A stretch of 17,823 nucleotides of DNA from an uncultured Candidatus Rokubacteria bacterium (GTDB lineage Bacteria; Methylomirabilota; Methylomirabilia; Rokubacteriales; CSP1-6), in contig CAVVEU010000010.1 in the NCBI GenBank assembly GCA_963747235.1, positions 1 to 17,823 on the forward strand, in the 5' to 3' direction. The position numbers and the translations under genes were made by a program. Position 1 is the first letter of the stretch. Each line of letters begins with the position of its first letter. Positions 1 to 9,279 of this stretch are shown in pieces. The notes beneath the pieces were generated by a model. The model did no database searches. It was not told the origin of the DNA and saw only the letters and a program-made list of their open reading frames with translations.

Positions 1-1
1 C

Positions 2-79
2 GAGCTGGGGCTCGAGGGCTTCGACGATCGCTTCGCGCCGAACTGCCGCTTCGCGTTCGTCGCGCCGGTGTCCCGATGA
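2..79 (+). CDS. 3' end of an unidentified upstream CDS (partial)
   Basis: Frame 2 reads ELGLEGFDDRFAPNCRFAFVAPVSR to TGA at 77-79 with GC-rich third positions; too short to assign. Confidence 0.5.
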   Translation, partial: ELGLEGFDDRFAPNCRFAFVAPVSR

Positions 80-111
80 CGAGCGGCCACGAGGGCCCGC
101 GGTAGGACCCC

Positions 112-924
112 ATGCCGACCCTCCGGATCTCCGACGCGGACGCGATCGCCTACGACGACGCGGGCCAGGGCTCGGTGATCGTGCTGGTGCACGGCTCGCC
201 CGGCACGTCGCGCGCCTGGCAGCCGGTCGCGGAGCGGCTCGCGCCGCGCTTCCGCGTCATCTCGCCGAACCTGCCCGGCTACGGGGGGACCACGCGGCCG
301 CCCGCCGAAGGCCCGGGCGACAGCTCGTACGCCGCGGGGCTGATCGAGGCGCTGATCGCGGAGGTCGGCCCGCCCAGCGTGCTGGCCGGCCATTCGTACG
401 GCGGCGCGGTCGCCCTCCAGACCGCGCTGCGCGGCCGGGTCGAGGCGCGGACGCTGGCCCTGTTCGAGCCGGTGGCGATCCCGGTGCTGGCCGCGGTGGG
501 TGACACGGAAGCCTTCGCCGCGGCCCAGGCGCTGTTCGAGGGCTACTGCGCGGCCTTCGAGCGCGGCGACCCCGGCGCGGTCCGGATCATGGTGGACTAC
601 TGGTTCGGCGCGGGCGCGCTCGATCAGATGCCCCGGCCGATGCGCGAGTTCCTCGTCGCCCACACCGGCCACAACGTGCGCGACGTCCGGGCGACGCTTC
701 GCGACCCGTACTCGGTGGCCGCGCTGCGAGGGCTGACCATGCCGGTCCTCTGCGCCGTCGGCTCGCGGAGTCCGGCGATGACGGGCAAGATCGTGGAGGC
801 CATTGCCTCGCACGCCCCGCGCGGTATCATCAAGACGCTCGAGAAGGCCAACCACGCCATGACCACGACCCACGCCGAAGCCGTCGCCGTCCTGATCGCG
901 GAGCTGGCGGACGGGAGCGTGTGA
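112..924 (+). CDS. Alpha/beta-fold hydrolase
   Basis: Intact 270-aa ORF; oxyanion LVHGSPG, nucleophile elbow GHSYGG, C-terminal His (ANHAM); AGGA at 104-107. Confidence 0.92.
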   Translation: MPTLRISDADAIAYDDAGQGSVIVLVHGSPGTSRAWQPVAERLAPRFRVISPNLPGYGGTTRPPAEGPGDSSYAAGLIEALIAEVGPPSVLAGHSYGGAVALQTALRGRVEARTLALFEPVAIPVLAAVGDTEAFAAAQALFEGYCAAFERGDPGAVRIMVDYWFGAGALDQMPRPMREFLVAHTGHNVRDVRATLRDPYSVAALRGLTMPVLCAVGSRSPAMTGKIVEAIASHAPRGIIKTLEKANHAMTTTHAEAVAVLIAELADGSV

Positions 925-1835
925 GTGTGGCCTCCCGCCGCGTCTTCCTCAAGGCCGCCGGCGCGCTCCTGGGCGCGGTGGTGATGCCGGCCGAGTCACG
1001 CGGGCAGGGGCTGCTCGAGCGGCGCATCCCGAAGTCGGGCGAGGCGCTGCCCGCGGTGGGTCTCGGCACCTGGCAGGTGTTCGACGTGGCCGGCGACGCC
1101 AAGGAGCTGGCGCAGGCGAAGGAGACGCTCCGGGTCTTCGTGGAGGGCGGCGGGCGGGTGGTGGACAGCTCGCCCATGTACGGCTCCTCCGAGCAGGTGA
1201 CCGGCCAGCTCGCCACCGATCTGGGCGTGCGGCCCAAGCTCTTCGTGGCCACCAAGGTGTGGACGAGCGGCAAGCAGGCGGGCATCCGCCAGATGGAAGA
1301 CTCTCTTCGAAAGCTGCGTTTGAACAGCCTCGACCTGATGCAGGTGCACAACCTGGTGGACGCGCAGACGCATCTGGCCACGCTGCGGGACTGGAAGGCG
1401 GCCGGGCGCATCCGCTACCTCGGCATCACCCACTACCACGCGGGGGCGCACGGCGATCTGGAGCAATTCGTCCGGAAGGGCGACATCGACTTCGTGCAGG
1501 TGAACTACTCGCTGGCCGAGCCGGAGGCGGAGCGGCGGCTGCTCGGCGCCGCCGCGGAGGCGGGCACCGCGGTGATCGTCAATCGGCCCTTCGCGGAGGG
1601 CGCGATGTTCCGCCGGGTGCGGGACCGGGCGCTGCCCGAGTGGGCCAAGGACGCGGGCGCGGCGACCTGGGCGCAGTTCTTCCTCAAGTGGATCGTGGCC
1701 CAGCCCGCGGTCACCTGCGTCATTCCGGGCACGCGCAATCCCCGGCACGTGGCCGACAATCTGGGCGCGCTGTCGGGGCCGCTGCCGGACGCCGCGCTCC
1801 GCCGGCGGATGGCCGAGCACTTCAACTCGCTGTAG
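921..1835 (+). CDS. Aldo/keto reductase with twin-arginine (Tat) signal peptide
   Basis: GLGTW; catalytic tetrad in VDSSPMYG, FVATK, MQVH; VIPGT..PRHVADN; N-terminal SRRVFLK plus hydrophobic stretch; GTGA overlap with the upstream stop. Confidence 0.93.
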   Translation: MSVASRRVFLKAAGALLGAVVMPAESRGQGLLERRIPKSGEALPAVGLGTWQVFDVAGDAKELAQAKETLRVFVEGGGRVVDSSPMYGSSEQVTGQLATDLGVRPKLFVATKVWTSGKQAGIRQMEDSLRKLRLNSLDLMQVHNLVDAQTHLATLRDWKAAGRIRYLGITHYHAGAHGDLEQFVRKGDIDFVQVNYSLAEPEAERRLLGAAAEAGTAVIVNRPFAEGAMFRRVRDRALPEWAKDAGAATWAQFFLKWIVAQPAVTCVIPGTRNPRHVADNLGALSGPLPDAALRRRMAEHFNSL

Positions 1836-1856
1836 GCTGGGAGTCCAGGAGGCGTC

Positions 1857-2709
1857 ATGCCGCGCAACGAGGCCGGGAGATATCGACACATCGAGGTGCA
1901 GCCGGTGGCGGGCGCGCTGGGCGCGGAGATCCGCGGCGTCAACGTGGCGGCCCCGCTCGACGACGCGGTGATCGCGGAGATCCGTCACGCCTATCTCGAT
2001 CACCTGGTGATCTTCTTCCGGGACCAGAAGATCACCCCGTCCGAGCAGCTCGCGTTCGCGAAGCGCTTCGGCGAGCCGATGGAGTACCCGCAGCTCAAGG
2101 GGCTGCCGGAGTGCCCGCTGATCACCCCGGTGGTCAAGCTGGCGCACGAGCAGATCAACTTCGGCGGGGTGTGGCATTCCGACACGACCTATCTCGCCCA
2201 GCCGCCGATGGCGAGCATGCTCTACGCGGTGGAGATCCCGCCCTACGGGGGCGACACGATCTTCGCCAACCAGTACACCGCCTACGAGACGCTCTCGGAA
2301 GGGCTGCGCCGCACGCTCGACGGGCTCGTGGGTGTCAACACCTCGACCAAGGCGGAGGCGTCGAAGACGCGCGAGGACCGGCTGAAGGCGGCCGGGGCCC
2401 AGATGAAGGTGCTGACGAGCGAGCACCCGGTGGCGCGCACGCACCCGGAGACGGGGAAGAAGGCGCTCTACGTCAATCACGGCCACACCGCGCGCTTCAA
2501 GGGCTGGACGGAGGAGGAGAGCGCGCCCGCTGCTCGCCTATCTCTTCCAGCAGCAGGTGCGGCCCGAGCTCACCTGCCGCTTCCAGTGGCAGCCGGGCTC
2601 CATCGCCTTCTGGGACAACCGCTGTGTCCAGCACAACGCGGTCAACGACTACGCGGGCTTCAAGCGCCTCATGCACCGGGTCACGCTGGCCGGCGACACC
2701 CCGCGCTAA
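1857..2709 (+). CDS. TauD/TfdA-family Fe(II)/2-oxoglutarate dioxygenase (one +1 indel near 2527)
   Basis: LGAEIRGV, IFFRDQ, WHSDTTY (HxD), GGDTIFAN, HPVARTHPETG; after the shift, LLAYLFQQQ..FWDNRCVQH..RLMHRVTLAGDTPR to TAA at 2707-2709; SD AGGAGG at 1848-1853. Confidence 0.92.
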
Positions 2710-2714
2710 CCGCG

Positions 2715-3519
2715 CTATCTTGCCGGCTCCAGCGGGGCTTGCGCTTTTCCACGAAGGCCTTGGCGCCCTCGAGGCGGTCCTCGGTGGTGCGCAGCAAGGT
2801 GGCCAGGTCGTTCTCGAGGCGGATGCCGTCCTCGAGCGTCATCCCGATGCCGCCCACCACCGCTTCCTTCGCGTAGCGCAGCGCCACCGGCGCCTTGTCC
2901 GCGATGGTGCGGGCCAGCGCCTGCGCGGCGGACGGATGCTCCGCGAGCGGGACCACGCGCTCCACCAGGCCGATGCGCAGCGCCTCCGCGGCGGGGATGC
3001 GCATGCCGGTGAGGATCATCTCGAGCGCCTTGCCGCGGCCGACGAGCCGGGGCAGGCGCTGGGTGCCGCCGCCGCCCGGGATGATGGCCAGGTTGATCTC
3101 GGTGAGGCCGAGCTGCGCGTCCTCCGCGGCGACGCGGATGTCGCACGCCAGGGCCAGCTCGAGGCCGCCGCCGAAGGCGTAGCCGCGGATGGCCGCGATG
3201 ATGGGCTGGGAGCATCGCTCCATCTCGCGGCGGAAGTCCACGCGGCGGCGCGCCTCGCGGAACTGGGTCGGCACCGGCGGCTCCAGGAACTCGCGGATGT
3301 CGGCGCCCGCCGAGAAGGCCTTGTCGCCCCCGCCCATGACCACCACCGCGCGCACCGTGTCGTCGGTGCGCAGGCGCGTGAACACCTCGAGGAGCTCGCG
3401 GCGCATCGCCTGGTTCATCGCGTTGTGCACGTCGGGCCGGTTCAGGGTGATGGTGGCCACGCCGTCGGCCTGCTCGTAGCGGATGGCCTCGAACTGTCGT
3501 CGGTCTTCGCGTCGGTCAT
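2715..3519 (-). CDS. Enoyl-CoA hydratase/isomerase (crotonase family); indels near both ends
   Basis: ATITLNRPDVHNA, AFSAGADI, GYAFGGGLELALACDIR, LTEINLAIIPGGGGTQRLPRLVG (both catalytic Glu), EGAKAFVEKRKP; ATG 3519 overlaps the upstream TGA (ATGA); probable TAG at 2715-2717. Confidence 0.9.
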
Positions 3520-4673
3520 GAGGGCATGTCCTTGCCGGCGACGACGCCACGGCGGCGCAGCTCGGCGATCTCGGGGTCGGCGTAGCCCGCCTCGCGCAGG
3601 ACCTCGGCGGTGTGCTGGCCGAGGAGCGGCGGCGGGCCCGCGTCCGGGGCCTGCGTCTCGGAGAAGCGGAGCGGCTGGCCCATCAGCGAGAGCGGGCCCA
3701 GCTCCGGGTGGTCGTACTCGACGATCATCTTGTGATGGAGCACCGCGGGATCGCGCATGAACTCCTGCAGCGACTGTGTCGCCGCGGCCGGGATGTCGTG
3801 CTCGGTCAGGATGCGCACCCACTCGGCCGCCGGCCTGGAGCCGAACGCTTCCTCGAGCAGCGGCATCAGCGCGTCCGCGTTGTCGCGCCGGGCGAACCAG
3901 GAGCCGAAGCGCGGATCCTGGGCCAGGTCCTCGCGGCCGACCGCCTTGCAGAGCTTCACCCAGAACGACTGGTTGCCGACGGCCAGGAAGAACCATTCGC
4001 CGTCGCGGCCCTGGTAGAGGCGATAGGTGGGCGTGGGGCGGTAGACCACCTCGTGGCCCGGATAGGCCACCACGTTCCCGGACTGCAGCGCGAGCACCGC
4101 CTGCAGCAGCGAGGTCTGCACGCGCTGGCCTCGGCCGGTGCGCTCGCGCGCGAAGAGGGCGGCCAGCACCATCTGGCAGTTGAGCGAGGCGCAGTAGTAG
4201 TCGGTGACCGCGATGCGGAGATATTGCGGGGTCGCGCCCAGGCCCTGGAGCGTCATCACGCCGCCCATGGCCTGCAGCAGCGGATCGAAGCCGGGGCGCT
4301 CCTTGTAGGGGCCGTCGGAGCCGAACGCGGTGACGGTGGCGTAGATCAGGCGCGGGTTCAGCGCGCGGAGCGTCTCGTAGTCCACGCCCAGGCGCTCGAC
4401 CACGCCGGGGCGCATGTTCTCCATGACCACGTCGGCCTCGCGGGCGAGGCGGTGGACGATGGCGCGCCCGTCCGGATCCTTGACGTTGACCGCGATCGAG
4501 CGCTTGCCGCGGTTCCAGCCGTAGAAGCCGGGCAGCTCGCGGAACGAGTCGCCCTCGATGGCCTCCACCTTGATGACGTCGGCGCCCAGGTCCGCCAGCA
4601 TCATCGCCCCGTAGGAGCCGGCGATGTACGAGGTCAGGTCAACTACGCGAATGCCATCGAGGGCGCCGATCAT
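3516..4673 (-). CDS. Family III CoA-transferase (CaiB/BaiF)
   Basis: ALDGIRVVDLT..AG..GAMMLADLGADVIKVE, NRGKRSI, ADVVMENMRPG, RPGFD, likely catalytic Asp in IAVTDYY, PPLLGQHT; intact 385 aa; ATGA overlap with the upstream gene. Confidence 0.95.
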   Translation of the reverse strand: MIGALDGIRVVDLTSYIAGSYGAMMLADLGADVIKVEAIEGDSFRELPGFYGWNRGKRSIAVNVKDPDGRAIVHRLAREADVVMENMRPGVVERLGVDYETLRALNPRLIYATVTAFGSDGPYKERPGFDPLLQAMGGVMTLQGLGATPQYLRIAVTDYYCASLNCQMVLAALFARERTGRGQRVQTSLLQAVLALQSGNVVAYPGHEVVYRPTPTYRLYQGRDGEWFFLAVGNQSFWVKLCKAVGREDLAQDPRFGSWFARRDNADALMPLLEEAFGSRPAAEWVRILTEHDIPAAATQSLQEFMRDPAVLHHKMIVEYDHPELGPLSLMGQPLRFSETQAPDAGPPPLLGQHTAEVLREAGYADPEIAELRRRGVVAGKDMPS

Positions 4674-5797
4674 TTGTCGGAATGTAAGACCTGACCCCGG
4701 ATCAGCAGCTCGCGGTGGTAGGCGGCGTCGCCGTAGAGGGGCTCGAGCGCCTTGGCGCGCTTGAAGTAGAGGTGGAGATCGTACTCCCAGGTGAAGCCGA
4801 TGCCGCCGTGCACCTGGATGGCGTCGCCGCACACCTGGCGCGCGGCCTCGCTCACGAACGACTTGCAGACCGACGCGGCCATGGTCGCGTCCTCCGCGCC
4901 CGCGCTGAGGGCCCAGGCCGCGTAGTAGACGGCCGCGTGCGCCTTCTCCACCTCGAGCAGCATCTCCGCGCAGCGGTGGCGGATGGCCTGGAAGGAGCCG
5001 ATGAGCTGGCCGAACTGCTCGCGCACCTTCGCGTAGCCCACGCTCATGTCGAGGCAGCGGCGCGCCGCGCCCAGCATCTCCGCGGAGGCGCCGACCGCCG
5101 CGCGGCGGAGCAGCCCCTCCAGCACCGGGCCCGCCCCGCCCGCCGCGCCCATCATGTCACCGGCCGCCCCGTCGAGGCGCATCTCGGACCAGCGGGTGGT
5201 GAGGTCGATGCCGACCATGGGCGTCAGCGTGACGCCGGCGGCGCGCGGGTCCACCAGGAAGAGCGAGACGCCCTCGGGCGCGCGCGCGGGCACCAGCGCC
5301 ACGTCGGCCACGTGGGCCCACGGCACGAAGCGCTTCACGCCGTTCAGGGTCCAGCCCGCGCCGGTCTTCGTGGCCGTCGCGGTGGTGGTCGCGGGATCCC
5401 AGTCGAGCGTGTCCTCCAGCAGCGCCGCGGTGCCGCGCGCCTGGCCGGAGGCGATGGCGGGCAGCCACCGCTCCTGCTGCGCCGCGCTGCCGCCGGCCTG
5501 CAGCCCGAGCCCGGCCAGCACCACGCTCGCGAAGTAGGGGCCGGGATACGCGGCGCGGCCCATCTCCTCCAGCACGAGGGCCAGCTCCACCAGGCCCAGG
5601 CCCGCGCCACCCTGCTCCTCGGCGAAGGGCAGGCCGAGCCAGCCGAGCTTGGCCATCTCGGCCCAGAGCGCTTCGCTGTAGCCGGCGCCGCCGTCCTCCA
5701 TCATCGCGCGCACGTGGGCGGGCTTGCACTGCTCGTCCAGCGCGGCGCGAACGGAGTTGCGGAGCAGCGTCTGATCTTCGCTGAACGAGAAATTCAT
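4670..5797 (-). CDS. Acyl-CoA dehydrogenase, non-catalytic/beta-type subunit of a gene pair
   Basis: MNFSFSEDQ, LGWLGL..E..GGAG, YAKVREQFGQLIGSFQAIRHRCA, IQVHGGIGFTWEYDLHLYFKRA; lacks the SEPxAGSD motif; ATGA overlap at 5794-5797. Confidence 0.9.
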   Translation of the reverse strand: MNFSFSEDQTLLRNSVRAALDEQCKPAHVRAMMEDGGAGYSEALWAEMAKLGWLGLPFAEEQGGAGLGLVELALVLEEMGRAAYPGPYFASVVLAGLGLQAGGSAAQQERWLPAIASGQARGTAALLEDTLDWDPATTTATATKTGAGWTLNGVKRFVPWAHVADVALVPARAPEGVSLFLVDPRAAGVTLTPMVGIDLTTRWSEMRLDGAAGDMMGAAGGAGPVLEGLLRRAAVGASAEMLGAARRCLDMSVGYAKVREQFGQLIGSFQAIRHRCAEMLLEVEKAHAAVYYAAWALSAGAEDATMAASVCKSFVSEAARQVCGDAIQVHGGIGFTWEYDLHLYFKRAKALEPLYGDAAYHRELLIRGQVLHSDK

Positions 5798-7009
5798 CGA
5801 GTACCTCCGACGCGATCGGCCCGGGATTCCTTCGGCAGCCCGAGGATGCGCTCGCCGATGACGTTCTTCTGGATCTCCGAGGAGCCGGCGTAGATCGTGC
5901 CCGCGCGCGACCACAGGAACGCGTAGGCCCACGTGCCGTGATCGCCCACCGCGGTGTCGACTTCCAAGCGGTATTCGGCGGGCACGCCCTCGGTGAGCTG
6001 TCCGTACGGCCCGAGGATCTCCTCGGCCAGCTCCATGAAGCGCTTCTCGAACTCCGAGTAGGAGAGCTTGGTGAGCGAGCCGCCCGCGCCGGGATGCTCG
6101 CCGCGCTCCAGCATGGTCAGCACGCGCAGGGCGCCGTAGCGCTCCACCTCGAGATCGGCCCAGATGCGGCCGAGCTTCTGGCGCGTCACCGCGTCGTCCA
6201 GGATCGGCCGCCCGTTGCGCTTGAGGCGTCGCGCCGCGTCCATCAACTGGTTGTACTGCGACGCGTAGCGTGGTGATGCGGGCCAGCGCGCGGCCGCCGC
6301 GCTCGTAGCCGAGCGTGGTCTGCGCGATGCCCCAGCCCTCGCCCAGGCGCCCGATCTGGTTCTCCTTCTCCACCCGCGCGTTGGTCATGAAGACCTCGCA
6401 GAACTCCGAGGAGCCGGTGATCTGCTTGAGCGGGCGCACGTCCACGCCGGGCTGGCGCATGTTCATCAGGAAGCAGCTGATGCCCTTGTGCTTGGCCACC
6501 GCGGGATCGGTGCGCGCGAGCAGCAGCCCCCAGTCGGCGAGGGCGCCGCCGCTCGTCCAGATCTTCTGCCCGTTGACCAGGAAGTGGTCGCCCTTGTCCT
6601 CCGCCGCGGTGCGCAGCGCGGCCAGGTCGGAGCCCGCGTTCGGCTCGGAGTAGAGCTGGCACCACATCTCCTCGGCGGTGAGGATCTTGCGGAGATAGCG
6701 CCGCTTCTGGGCGTCGGTGCCGTGCACCACGATGGTGGGGCCGACGATGCCGACGCCCAGGCTGTTGGTCGGGGCGGGCGCGCCCGCGCGCGCCATCTCG
6801 TCGGCCACGATGGCCTGCTCCATCGGCCGCGCGCCCTGGCCGCCGTACTCCTTCGGCCACCCCATGCCGAGATAGCCGCCCTCGTAGAGCTTGCGGTGCC
6901 AGGCCTTGCGCTCGTCGAGGTTCTTGATGTGCCGCGGCATGTTCTGCTCGAGCCACGTGCGGACCTGCTTGCGGAAGGCGACGTCCTCGGCGGTGTAGTT
7001 GAGATCCAT
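5794..7009 (-). CDS. Acyl-CoA dehydrogenase, catalytic/alpha-type subunit (one +1 indel near 6271)
   Basis: WPKEYGG, WCQLYSEPNAGSDLA, NGQKIWTS, FCEVF, TLGYERG, TIYAGSSEIQKNVIGERILGLP; SD AAGGAGG at 7017-7023 (minus strand). Confidence 0.92.
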
Positions 7010-7062
7010 GGCGGGGCCTCCTTGCCGGGCCTGCGGCTGGCGCTGCCGTTGGGGTAGCCCCG

Positions 7063-7115
7063 CTTGTAGCACGGGGCCCGCGCGACGGTCAACCGGGCCG
7101 CCGTGCTACCTTTTC
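7063..7115. promoter_or_regulatory. Divergent sigma70-like promoters within an inverted repeat
   Basis: Minus strand: TTGACC (7092-7087), 18 nt spacer ending TGc, TACAAG. Plus strand: extended -10 TGcTACCTT (7104-7112). Arms GTAGCACGG(GGCCCG) 7066-7080 and (CGGGCCG)CCGTGCTAC 7094-7109. Confidence 0.55.
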
Positions 7116-7120
7116 CTCGC

Positions 7121-8306
7121 GTGAACCGCCGAGCCTGGCTGAAGGGTGCGGGAGCCGTCGCGGTCGTGGCCGCCGGGGGACTGGTCTGGCGCGCGTACGA
7201 TCAGGGCGTCTTCGCGGCCGGCGCCGGCGCGGCCTACGAGCCGTGGACGAACTGGCGGAGCGACGCGGCGCCGGGGCCACTCGGGCTGGTGCGGGCCGGC
7301 ATCCTCGCCGCCAATCCCCACAACACCCAGCCGTGGCTCTTCCAGGTGGGCGCGACGCGCATCGAGCTCTTCGCCGACATCCGGCGCAACCTCGGCGCCT
7401 TCGATCCCTACCTGCGCGAGATGCACATCGGCCTCGGCTGCGCGCTCGAGAACATGACGCGGACCGCCCGCGTCCTGGGCTACGACGTCGCGGTCACGCT
7501 GCATCCGGGCCCGCTCGCGGCGGCCGCCGCGTCGCCCCGCCCGCAGCCGGTGGCGACGCTCGCGCTCTCCCCCGCGCGGCCGCGGCCCGGACCAGCTCGT
7601 GGAGGCCATCCCGCGGCGGCACACCGATCGCGGCGCCTACGCGGCCGGGCGCCCGGTGCCGGGCGAGATGCTGGAGGCGATGTGGGCCGCCTTCCAGGAC
7701 GACACGGACGTGCGCCTCTTCCTCTTCTCGGCGCCGGGCGAGCGCAAGCAGTTCGGCGACCTGGTGCTGGCCGCCACCGAGACGATCATCGCGGACCCCG
7801 AGATGGTGGCGGCCAGCGACCGGTGGTTCCGCCATCGCTGGTTCGACGTGCAGCGGAAGCGCGACGGGCTCACCCTGGACGCGGCCGGGCTCGGCTCGCT
7901 CGTCACCGTGATGGGCAAGCTGATGCCGCCGGCCTCGGCCGAGACGAGCCATCGCTACTGGCGCGACGCCACCCGCGACGTGCAGATTCCCACCACCGCG
8001 CTCTTCGGCCTGATCGCGGTGCGCGATCTCTACGATCGCCCGCAGGCCCTGCGCGCGGGGCAGCGGTGGCAGCGCCTGCATCTCATGGGGACGGCGCGCG
8101 GGCTCGCGATGCAGCCGATCAACCAGCCGGTGGAGATGGTGGACCGGGAGCGCGAGCTGGGGAAGCCGCCGCGCGCCGCCGACGCCCTGGCCGCGCTGAC
8201 CGGCGAGGCGGGCTGGAAGCCCACCTTCGCGTTCCGCGCGGGGCTGCCCACGCGGCCCGCCGGGCCGAGCCCGCGGCGCCCGGTGGACGCGGTCGTGCTC
8301 GGCTGA
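7121..8306 (+). CDS. Acg-family FMN-binding nitroreductase-like protein with Tat-like N-terminus (one +1 indel near 7587)
   Basis: ILAANPHNTQPWLF, IGLGCALENM, AIPRRHTDRGAY, AGQRWQRLHL..TARGLAMQPINQPVE, SPRRPV; start GTG 7121 gives MNRRAWLKGAGAVAVVAAGGLVW. Confidence 0.85.
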
Positions 8307-8321
8307 TCCGGCCGGATCAGC
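8302..8321. terminator. Perfect 20-bp palindrome at a convergent junction; possible bidirectional terminator
   Basis: GCTGATCCGGCCGGATCAGC contains TGA 8304-8306 (+) and TGA 8319-8317 (-); no U-tract. Confidence 0.4.
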
Positions 8322-9266
8322 TCCGCCGCTTCGACGCTTCCTGGAAGAGCAGCCCGTCGCGCACGCCGCGGGTGCAGATCACGAGGCGCAGGTAGCCGCC
8401 GAAGATCATGACCTCTTCCACCACCATCGCCCCGGCCAGGATGATGTCCGCGCGCTCCTCCTTGAGGCCGCGGATCTTCCGGCGGCGCCGGGCCGAGAGG
8501 GCCTCGAGCCGCTCGCGGATCGCGGTGACGTCGGACTGGTGGAGCACGAGCCCGTTGCGGTGCTTGCGCTCGCCCGGCGTCGCGCGGAGGTGGACGCTGG
8601 CGAGCGTGCGCATGGTGCCGCCCAGGCCGATCAACGGCTCGCCGCGCTCGGCGGCGGGCAGGGCCGGGCGCAGCCGCTCGCGGATGACGTCGCGGAACGC
8701 GCGCAGCTCCTGCCGGGTGGGCGGATCGTGGCGCAGGAACCGGTGCGTGGTGCGCACCGCGCCCAGGGGCAGGCTGGCCATCGAGACGATGCGCCCGCCG
8801 CGGACCCGGCTGAGCTGGAGGCTCGCGCCGCCCAGGTCCGCCACCAGCGCGTCGCCGAACGACAGGCTCTCGCGCGCGGCGGCCACGCCGAGCCGCGCCT
8901 CGTCGCGCGCGCTCAGGATGCGGACCTCGATGCCCTCCTGGCGCCGCAGCGGATCGAGGAGGCGCTCGCGATTGCGCGCGTCGCGCACCGCCGACGTCGC
9001 GATGGCCAGGACGCGGGGCCCTCGCGCCGCTGCGGCGAGTAGCGCGCGAAGAAGCGGTGGACGGCACGAATGGTCTTCTCGATCGCGCGAGCGGGCAGCG
9101 TGCCGGGGGCCCCGCTGCCCAGCCGGGTCGGCACCCGCTCCTCGACCACGATGTCGTAGCGGGCGCTCGGCCGGATGCGCGCGATGATGAAGCGGACCGC
9201 GGCGGAGCCCAGGTCCACGATCGCGAGCAGGTCCGTGCGCGGCCGGCCGTTCGCGCGTCCCGTCAT
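8317..9266 (-). CDS. ppx: Ppx/GppA-family exopolyphosphatase, short form without HD domain (one base missing near 9017)
   Basis: AIVDLGS, TRLG, AIATSAVRDARN, ILSARDEARL, ADLGGASLQL, SLPLGAVR, GLGGTMR, ERADIILAGA, GVRDGL. Confidence 0.9.
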
Positions 9267-9279
9267 GACGGGCGGGAGG

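Noticed and set aside
996-5893. Long antisense and alternate-frame ORFs (996-2486, 1259-3760, 3612-4694, 4715-5893 and similar)
   Set aside because: Shadow ORFs expected from stop-codon scarcity at high GC; Arg/Gly/Pro-rich or motif-free
4670-7072. 800-aa fused double acyl-CoA dehydrogenase ORF
   Set aside because: Artefact of the +1 indel near 6271; the correct frame stops at 5794 with an ATGA overlap to a separate gene
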